DNA from: Methanothrix sp.
Lineage (GTDB): Archaea; Halobacteriota; Methanosarcinia; Methanotrichales; Methanotrichaceae
Direction: 5' to 3'
Length of the DNA: 25,995 nt
Assembly (NCBI GenBank): GCA_037128175.1
Contig: JBAXWY010000041.1
Coordinates: 1-25,995, forward strand
Each line of letters starts with the position of its first letter. Within the stretch, counting starts at the first letter, position 1. Below, in pieces: positions 9,070-15,741 of this stretch. The notes under the pieces were generated by a model, which had not been told where the DNA came from, did no database searches, and worked only from the letters and a program-made list of their open reading frames with translations. Position numbers and translations under genes: made by a program.

Positions 9070-9176
9070 GTCGCGCCCCGCCCGCGTGCTCCCGTGCCCG
9101 TGAGCGAGTGGCAGCTGCCGGGCACCCGGGCCCGCCTGGCCGCCACCCACAGGGCTGCCGGGCCGGGAGGACGAGA
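9070..9176. repeat. GC-rich hairpin repeat, copy 1
   Basis: CGCGTGCTCCCGTGCCCGTGAGCGAGTGGCAGCTGCCGGGCACCCGGGCCCGCCTGG..., aligns along its length with copy 2. Confidence 0.85.
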
Positions 9177-9264
9177 GTCGCCAGGCTCCGGATGGATTTT
9201 CATGAGACCTTGGCGGGAAAAATTGTTTCTTGCTGTATCGAGTTTGCAATTATAAAGATAGAGT

Positions 9265-9428
9265 CCTCTGTGAGTCCTCCGTGCGCTCTGTGTCTCTGTG
9301 GTGGTAGTCCGTAAACCGTTGGTTATAACCAGTGGCTAACGACGTTTTCAACCACAGAGTTCACAGAGTACGCACAGAGCGACGAACTAACAACTGGAAA
9401 ACCATAGTAACCTGAGGTTAGCCACTGG
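9265..9428. repeat. Two head-to-head CACAGAG-periodic elements joined at a GGTTATAACC palindrome
   Basis: CTCTGTG repeats (9265-9305) and CACAGAG repeats (9351-9380) around the palindrome at 9321-9330. Perfect 12-bp inverted repeat CCAGTGGCTAAC (9329-9340) / GTTAGCCACTGG (9417-9428). Confidence 0.8.
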
Positions 9429-9464
9429 AAATAGCTAAGAGTCGCTTTAGTTTCAGCTTTGCCT

Positions 9465-9572
9465 CTCGCCCCCCGCCCGCGCGTGCTCCTGCGCCCGTAA
9501 GCGAGTGGCAGCAGCCGGGCTCCGGGCCCGCCTGGGCCGCCACTCACAGGGCTGCCAGGCCGGGAGGGCGAG
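9465..9572. repeat. GC-rich hairpin repeat, copy 2
   Basis: Nested pairings CTCGCCC/GGGCGAG, CCTG/CAGG, GCCC/GGGC and GAGTGGC/GCCACTC. Confidence 0.85.
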
Positions 9573-9628
9573 CGCCTGCTAGCAAACCCAAGGCCAAAAG
9601 AGTCCACAATGACGCCATGATTAGGTTT

Positions 9629-10021
9629 TTATTTTAACTCGGGTATCTTGCGTCCTTTTTCAGTGCGGTCAAAATCTGCATCGAAGCTTATTATCTGCAG
9701 GCCGTACTTCTGTGCGACGGCGTATTGGTAGGAATCATCAAAATCCAAACGGAACCTTTTCGAGACTTCTGCCAGAGCGAGAACCTCTTCCGGATCCAAC
9801 CCGATCACAGTTATTCCGGTCTTTATTATTACGTCCTTCACGAAGCTGACGTAGGTTTCATGTCTATTCCTCTGGAAAAGAAAAACACCAATGGAATGAA
9901 GTGAGAAATCCGTTATAAAAAGATCTGTGGATGGATTTTCGATAAACAAATGCTTGGCGGCCTTGCTCTTTTCTCGTTGCAGCAAGATTTACAAAAATAT
10001 ATTCGTGTCCAGGAGGTACAT
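9629..10021 (-). pseudogene. PIN-domain (VapC-like) toxin with a premature stop at codon 11
   Basis: ATG at 10021 overlaps the antitoxin stop (TGATG). Reads MYLLDTNIFL*ILLQREK with TAA at 9991-9989; the rest is intact (ITDFSLHSIG, LDFDDSYQY, IISFDADFD). Confidence 0.85.
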
Positions 10022-10227
10022 CAGGCTCCTCGCATCTTTCCGATCTCGTGCTGGAGTTCTACAGAAGAATACTGCTCACCCAGATCCGCAAGGGCTCCTT
10101 CCCAGTCAAAAGCCGGCACCTTTTGCTTCTTTTTAGATCTTTTCTCCAGCAAGAATTCTGCATAGCTCCGAACTTCTTTTTGAATGTCAAGAGGCAATTG
10201 CTCAACGAACCTAGCGAGGGTTGTCAT
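10021..10227 (-). CDS. DUF2281-family antitoxin
   Basis: QLPLDIQKEVRSYAEFLLEK...FDWEGALADL..YSSVELQH, translationally coupled to the PIN gene. Confidence 0.8.
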   Translation of the reverse strand: MTTLARFVEQLPLDIQKEVRSYAEFLLEKRSKKKQKVPAFDWEGALADLGEQYSSVELQHEIGKMRGA

Positions 10228-10314
10228 TTTTCTCAATAAAATATAGGATGCCCAAGCTTTTAATATTTATCGGCAAGGATGATTTCTCCTAATTTTTAAC
10301 TTAGTTTTTCCTGA

Positions 10315-10414
10315 GCCCGCACGCGTGGCTCCCGCGCCCGTAAGCGAGCGGACGCAGCCGGGCTCCGGGCCCGCCCGCACACGTTCGCACTTGGGCACGG
10401 GAGGCCGGTCGGGC
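10315..10414. repeat. GC-rich hairpin repeat, copy 3
   Basis: Shares GCGCCCGTAAGCGAG and GCAGCCGGGCTCCGGGCCCGCC with copy 2. The 3' arm is diverged but still complementary to the 5' arm. Confidence 0.8.
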
Positions 10415-10498
10415 CTGAGGGTCAGGCGGAGGCGGCTTTTCCAAGGGGCTGGGTTTTGGAGACGATTGCGATTTGCGGTTAATATTAGCAGATAATTA

Positions 10499-10556
10499 TA
10501 ACCTGAAAACTAACGATTTCACCACAAAGGCACGAAGGCACAAAGGACGCGCAAAG
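10499..10556 (+). repeat. CACAAAG-periodic element with TAACC leader
   Basis: TAACCTGAAAACTAACGATTTC-ACCACAAAGG-CACGAAGG-CACAAAGGACGCGCAAAG. Confidence 0.75.
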
Positions 10557-10594
10557 AGATTCGAGGCAGTCTCCGGCTTGACGATCCTTGCGGG

Positions 10595-10726
10595 CCGTGG
10601 GCAGGCCTCGCCCGGCTCTCGCTCCTGGCCGCTGCCATAGGCCTCCGGGCTGCGCCGCTCATCAGGGCAGACTGGCTTGCCTGGCGGGGACTAGGGGGCA
10701 GGAGGCCAGGCGGGCCAAGACCACGG
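10595..10726. repeat. GC-rich long imperfect hairpin 4
   Basis: CCGTGG/CCACGG, GGCCTCGCCCGGC/GCCAGGCGGGCC (imperfect) and CTCCTG/CAGGAG nested pairings. Confidence 0.6.
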
Positions 10727-10784
10727 ATTCACGCGAAGGCGCGAAGTTCCGATGAAAGAAGGACAATTATGGGCTGCTGCGCCG

Positions 10785-10862
10785 CCTGCCAGGCGGGCCC
10801 GGCTGCCCGAACACGCGTGCTCGGGAGAGGCGACAGCCGGGCCCTGCGCTGCATAGGGCAGG
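10785..10862. repeat. GC-rich hairpin 5
   Basis: Perfect 11-bp inverted repeat GGGCCCGGCTG (10795-10805) / CAGCCGGGCCC (10834-10844) enclosing CCCGA-ACACGCGTGC-TCGGG; outer CCTGCC/GGCAGG. Confidence 0.7.
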
Positions 10863-10915
10863 AAGATTTCATGGCGCTGAAAGGAGGACTGGACAACTGG
10901 ATTGCAGCCAATGGA
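10841..10915 (+). pseudogene. Possible rhodanese-domain C-terminal fragment
   Basis: ALRCIGQEDFMALKGGLDNWIAANG resembles the rhodanese L...G...v..L.GG...W motif; no active-site loop upstream. Confidence 0.4.
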
Positions 10916-11059
10916 AACGAAGGAGAACGTGCGCTCCCCTGTCAGCTATGCAGTGCGCCCAAGGGCGGAGCATCTTGCCGAAATCCACACAATACATTTT
11001 ATTGATAAAAAAGAAGTTTCGGATGGGGCCCCCGTAGCCCCATCGTTCTCTAATTTTCC

Positions 11060-14000
11060 TCAGTGCACCATCCTGCGATAGAGATATCCTGCCAAAGATA
11101 TTCCTATCGCCGCGAAGAGCGCCTCAAAACCGGGCGTTTCCTTTTCCACTGGCTTAGCCGGAACCGGCAAGGAGGTTTGGCCTAAAGTCGGCACTATGTT
11201 AATCTCATGCTCCGGTAGGGTGAGTGTCCTGCTCATGCCCTTCTCATCGGTGTAATTGACATAGGAAGCCAACTTCGGCTGGTTTACATCAGCAGGCAGT
11301 TTCCAGCAGAAGACCGCCTGGAAATCTGTGCTCCAGCAGCCGGAAAGATCGCCAATATCCCAGGTGATAGTAGTGGTAGTCCAATCCTTGCTGTCTCCGT
11401 TGAGACGGACCTTGCCTTGATCATCGGTTGTCGTGCTGTTGAGCAGAGCCAGATAGTTGGGCAGCACCTCAACAAGATGCACATTCTTCATCTTCGAGCC
11501 AGCAGTGGCCGTCTTGACGAGAGCTTCACCCAGCGCGGAGAGATCTTTGAGCTGGATGACATATCCGTTTTGGTTCTTGGCCAGGTTGTTGAGCATCCGG
11601 GAGGCTTTTGTATCCTTCATATCACCTACTACTATAGCGAATATCGTATAACCAGATAAACGTGCATCTGCGATATTCGCCGGCTTTATATATCCACTAT
11701 CGCTGGCGTCAGTAATGAAAACGATCTTCTTTTCTTTTCCGCCAACGATGCCGGCATCGTCAAAAGCTTTCAGAGCCGTATCAAGGCCGGTCGAATAGTT
11801 GGTATACTCGCCTTCAGCGAACTTTATCTTAGCTCCTCTGGCTGCAACTTCCGTGTAGTTATCAATGAGAGGCACCTCTATCCTGCTGTTTTTCTCATCG
11901 CTCCATGAGACCAGTCCGATCCTTGTAACGTGCTTCTTATCGTTTGCCGCAATATCTCCGGCAAGCTTTTGCACACCCTCGATTGCCGATTCGCTGAGAT
12001 TGTTGATGCTGGGTGAGTTATCGACAGCGATCACAATATCGGTGGGAATGTCCGCAATGTCCCCCAATGTACGGGATGGACAGAGCGTGATATTATAGTC
12101 GATGACATAGCCGTTATCCCTATCGATCTTCTCGGCAGAGATATTGCTTACATCCTTTATCACGGTGATCTCCGAATCGGTGCTGATGGGGTTCTTTGGC
12201 TCATCATTGATTCTGTGACAGCGCAGACAATAGTAGTTGCCGAAGGACTGCATATTGCTGACTCCAATGCTTAAATTGACTATTCTGATAGTGGGCGTTG
12301 TGCTAAGCCAGCCCTCAACAGTGGTCTCAGTTACGATATAGGCTCCTGGAGTCAACCTTTCCAAGGCAGTGATTCCATCCCCGTTGGTAGTCCTTGCAGT
12401 AAATACACTGCCGTTGGGGCATTTGACTGTGAAAATCCAGCCAGGCAAGCCGCTTTCGCCCGAATCATATATTCCATTTCGGTTTGTATCATTGAACTTA
12501 AATATTTCAACCCGGCTCGATTTGACATTGCCGAAAGGCGGCACAACAACATCTTCACCAGCTTTGATATCTACAGAAACGGCCAGAAGCGTTGTATTGA
12601 TCCAGCCATTTTGCAGAACCTCTCTGACGATATACCTTCCCGGCATCAGGCCTTTTGCAGTAGTGATGCCTTCAATATTAGTGGCATCTGTGGGGATTGT
12701 CCTGCCGTCCGGACCCTCTATATTGAAACTCCAGCCCGGCAAACCTTCTTCAGCACCATCTTGCTTGCGATTAAGATTTGTGTCGTTGAACTTCTTGAAG
12801 ATGAGACTGTTGACCCTATTGCCGAATTCAACCAACTGTGTTGGAGCTTTGCTTGATATCCTCACCTGCCGTGGATTGGATGTGGTGCATATCCAGCCCG
12901 GCTTGTCCGAGAGTTTTTCCGTAATAGTGCAGACGGCCTCAGGCAGCACTCCGGGAAGAATAACACTAATCCTGCCATCGACATCAGTGACGTAGGTTTT
13001 CGTAGCGTCCTGGTATGTGACGCTATACTCCCATCCTTCTAGCGGATATCTTTTGCCGTCGTCTTCGCCCTGATCCCTAATTCCGTTTTTATTGGCATCA
13101 TAGAACTTTTGGATGGCCAGGTTTACAGGCGGAATTCTGTTAAGGAATCTGCTTTGGCTGACATCTCCCGGAGCAAGCTCAACCTCTTGATCTCGCTGTA
13201 ACTCATAACCATCCTTAGGCACTTCATGGATGATGAATTTGCGTGCAGGCGGCTGGCAGGGATTGCCCGGGTCCGATGTGAAATCAACTACAAATGATGC
13301 CATTCCGCTTTCGTTGGTTGTAGCAGTTGGATTTCTAACCCCCGGACCTTGGAGACTAAAGGTCCAGCCCGCTCGCTCCTCGCCTGCATCAGCATTCTTG
13401 TTATCGTTTTTATCCTCGTACTTGCGCACAACGATTAATCCTGATTCAGGTACATTGAGAATGTCTAATACCTTTTCTTCATTGGGACCAAGTAAGACAT
13501 TTTGATCCTTTACCCGTATCCAGCCGTCTCTTGGCTCCTCGTGGATGATGTAGGTGTTTCTGGGCAGCTCTCCCGGCCTTGCCGGGTCGGATTTGAATCC
13601 GATATCGAATACGGCAAATCCGCTCTCATTGGTAGAAGCCCTCAGATTGGCGCCGGGACCAGTTAAGGTAATAGCCCAGTTGGAGCATCCTTCTTCCCTG
13701 TCATACTTGTTGTTGCCATTGATGTCCTCGTACTTGTGGATGATGATTCTGCCGCCCAGGATGACGTTCTCGATGGGCATAGTAGTGATATCTCCGGGAT
13801 ACAATTCCTTAACCATGGACTGGACGGGCACCCATCCTGCCCTCGGGGCCTCGGTTATGGAATATCTCTGCATGGGATTATCATTGGGAAGTCCGGTGAC
13901 GGACTGGAAGGGTATATCGGTTACAACTGCGATGCCAGTGCTATTGGTGGTCACCTTCTGGGAGAAATCAGGACCATCAATGGATGTCACCTGGAAGGCC

Positions 14001-14881
14001 CGGTTGGGAAGACCTTCACCTTCATCGTAATAACCGTTCTCATTCCGATCCTCGAATTTTTGGATTACAAGAGAAGCAGGCTTTAGCCTGTTAGCAAAGT
14101 AAAGTTTCTTTTCGCCCTTTTCTACAGTGTACACACCATTATTCAGCTCTTTTGGAGGTGCAGATTCCCATCCCTTTGAGGCTTTGCGGAGTGGGTCTTC
14201 GGTAATGGAATATTTATCTCCCACGGCGGCAGGATCAATGTTTATCGTTCCATTATTTCCTGTTTCAACCGTAGTGGCTTTGCCATTGGGATCCACTACC
14301 CTGAACTCCCAGCCGCGCAGGCTCTTCTCTGTTCCCTCATCGAACTTTCCATCTCCATTAAGATCCTCGAATTTTATAATTATAGGAGTTCCTGCTGGGA
14401 CCACGTTCAAGGAGACATATGCCCCTGCGTCGGGAAAGTTAATATCAGTAGTCACAATGTCAATGCTGGCTATGTAAACTCCTTCTTTGTCCTCATCGCT
14501 GAGAATCCAGGTGACATTATTATTTATCGTCCTGTTCGAAATCACTTTTAATGGGAAGGGTTTAGGACTAATTCCACCATCTTTCCTGGTGATGTTTAAA
14601 TAGCCTCTCTTAATATCGTAATTCAGCGTGGGTATAACAACGCAGTGAAGCTTAATAGTATTTCCTGGATATAGCAAAATAGGCTCAGGAAATTTATATA
14701 AGACCTCTTTATCATGTATTTTATTCTTAATTTGAATTTCCTTTATAATCTGTCCTTCCTGGGCCATAACTGCAACAGATCCGATCATGCCAAAAATCAT
14801 AATCATAGTTGCAATAGTCTTCCAGGACAGATTTTTGCTAGGTTTTGATTTACACCCTTCTTTTTTCTTATTATCAGCCAA
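11060..14881 (-). CDS. Large cell-surface adhesin-like protein: signal peptide, 7 CnaB/SdrD-B-like repeats, vWA domain, PGF-CTERM anchor
   Basis: Seven I.K(F/Y).D.N.(N/D)...D repeats; DIVIAVDNSPS (MIDAS DxSxS) and IVFITDA; C-terminus ETPGFEALFAAIGISLAGYLYRR. Confidence 0.9.
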   Translation of the reverse strand: MADNKKKEGCKSKPSKNLSWKTIATMIMIFGMIGSVAVMAQEGQIIKEIQIKNKIHDKEVLYKFPEPILLYPGNTIKLHCVVIPTLNYDIKRGYLNITRKDGGISPKPFPLKVISNRTINNNVTWILSDEDKEGVYIASIDIVTTDINFPDAGAYVSLNVVPAGTPIIIKFEDLNGDGKFDEGTEKSLRGWEFRVVDPNGKATTVETGNNGTINIDPAAVGDKYSITEDPLRKASKGWESAPPKELNNGVYTVEKGEKKLYFANRLKPASLVIQKFEDRNENGYYDEGEGLPNRAFQVTSIDGPDFSQKVTTNSTGIAVVTDIPFQSVTGLPNDNPMQRYSITEAPRAGWVPVQSMVKELYPGDITTMPIENVILGGRIIIHKYEDINGNNKYDREEGCSNWAITLTGPGANLRASTNESGFAVFDIGFKSDPARPGELPRNTYIIHEEPRDGWIRVKDQNVLLGPNEEKVLDILNVPESGLIVVRKYEDKNDNKNADAGEERAGWTFSLQGPGVRNPTATTNESGMASFVVDFTSDPGNPCQPPARKFIIHEVPKDGYELQRDQEVELAPGDVSQSRFLNRIPPVNLAIQKFYDANKNGIRDQGEDDGKRYPLEGWEYSVTYQDATKTYVTDVDGRISVILPGVLPEAVCTITEKLSDKPGWICTTSNPRQVRISSKAPTQLVEFGNRVNSLIFKKFNDTNLNRKQDGAEEGLPGWSFNIEGPDGRTIPTDATNIEGITTAKGLMPGRYIVREVLQNGWINTTLLAVSVDIKAGEDVVVPPFGNVKSSRVEIFKFNDTNRNGIYDSGESGLPGWIFTVKCPNGSVFTARTTNGDGITALERLTPGAYIVTETTVEGWLSTTPTIRIVNLSIGVSNMQSFGNYYCLRCHRINDEPKNPISTDSEITVIKDVSNISAEKIDRDNGYVIDYNITLCPSRTLGDIADIPTDIVIAVDNSPSINNLSESAIEGVQKLAGDIAANDKKHVTRIGLVSWSDEKNSRIEVPLIDNYTEVAARGAKIKFAEGEYTNYSTGLDTALKAFDDAGIVGGKEKKIVFITDASDSGYIKPANIADARLSGYTIFAIVVGDMKDTKASRMLNNLAKNQNGYVIQLKDLSALGEALVKTATAGSKMKNVHLVEVLPNYLALLNSTTTDDQGKVRLNGDSKDWTTTTITWDIGDLSGCWSTDFQAVFCWKLPADVNQPKLASYVNYTDEKGMSRTLTLPEHEINIVPTLGQTSLPVPAKPVEKETPGFEALFAAIGISLAGYLYRRMVH

Positions 14882-15092
14882 GAAAATATCCCTCCAAAAG
14901 ATCTTGTTTAGTAATAGCGAATGAAGGTAAATCTTCGACCGTAATATAAGTAAATTTCTCCTTGTTCTTTCGCATGTGGAGTCCTGAAACTCTTGACGTT
15001 ATATACTCATCAAAGGAGCATGGGAATAAAGAGTAAAACGGTTCCCACCGCTGCAAGCTGGATGATATTCATTTCAAACTAAAAGTGAAACG

Positions 15093-15232
15093 GCGGCGGC
15101 GCACCAACGCAGCAAGCTGCTGGGCATCCAAGACGCCGCCGCATAAAAGGGGAACCAGGTTAAGCAGATCCAAACCTAAGTCGAACACGCATGCCCTTTA
15201 TCCCCGATGCGAGCATCGGGGTATTGTGATAA
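15093..15232 (+). mobile_element. IS200/IS605-like non-autonomous mini-element or remnant
   Basis: Hairpin GCAGC-AA-GCTGC inside GCGGCGGCG/CGCCGCCGC (15093-15142), and perfect stem CCCCGATGC-GA-GCATCGGGG (15202-15221) followed by TATTGTGATAA. Confidence 0.55.
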
Positions 15233-15544
15233 AATAAATGTCCCAGTGGAATGAGCTGCAACGATGGAACTTGCGCCTGTCCTAGCGGCAAGATAGAATG
15301 TGATGGAACTTGCGTGGATACTCCAAAGGATGAAGATAATTGCGGATCGTGCGGAAATAAATGTCCTAGCTTCATGAGCTGTGAAGGTGGTAACTGCTCA
15401 TTTACGCCATTTGACTTGCTGATAATTATAGATTCATATGAAGAATGCTCATTTCTCTCAGTAATTTTTTTAATATTAAGAGATCTAGCCATAATTTGGC
15501 TTGTGTTTATATGCATACGTTTATCAAATCGTGGAAAATTATAA
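15233..15544 (+). pseudogene. 5'-truncated Cys-rich (Stig1-like) repeat protein fragment
   Basis: NKCPSGMSCNDGTCACPSGKIECDGTCVDTPKDEDNCGSCGNKCPSFMSCEGGNC (CVD...D..NCG.CG..C pattern). The frame opens mid-repeat right after TAA at 15230. Confidence 0.6.
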
Positions 15545-15741
15545 AATTATTGCTAAAAAATAGTTCTATGTATAATGATATAACAAGAATCGACCATTAT
15601 CCTAGTATTATACTAGTTATATTCATCTATTTCATAAGTTTTATCGAACTTATAAGGTGGGCACATAATTGCCTCCAGTAGGAATGTCGAACAATATATA
15701 TTTTAATAATAATATTAATACTAATAATAATATAAAGTTAT

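Noticed and set aside
8712-9607. ORFs 8712-9314, 8992-9249 and 9323-9607 as real proteins
   Set aside because: They are open frames running through GC-rich repeats or antisense to the pseudogene, with Arg/Pro/Gly-biased composition and no motifs.
9070-10414. Canonical integron attC sites
   Set aside because: No RYYYAAC/GTTRRRY ends were seen, and no IntI catalytic domain is present.
9070-10862. CRISPR array
   Set aside because: Repeats are about 100 nt, diverged and irregularly spaced; there are no uniform spacers or cas genes.
14874-15056. 60-aa ORF upstream of the adhesin
   Set aside because: No motif or clear RBS; it probably overlaps the adhesin promoter region.
15695-15735. AAT-rich microsatellite-like tract
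   Set aside because: Imperfect low-complexity sequence within an AT-rich patch; no evidence of function.
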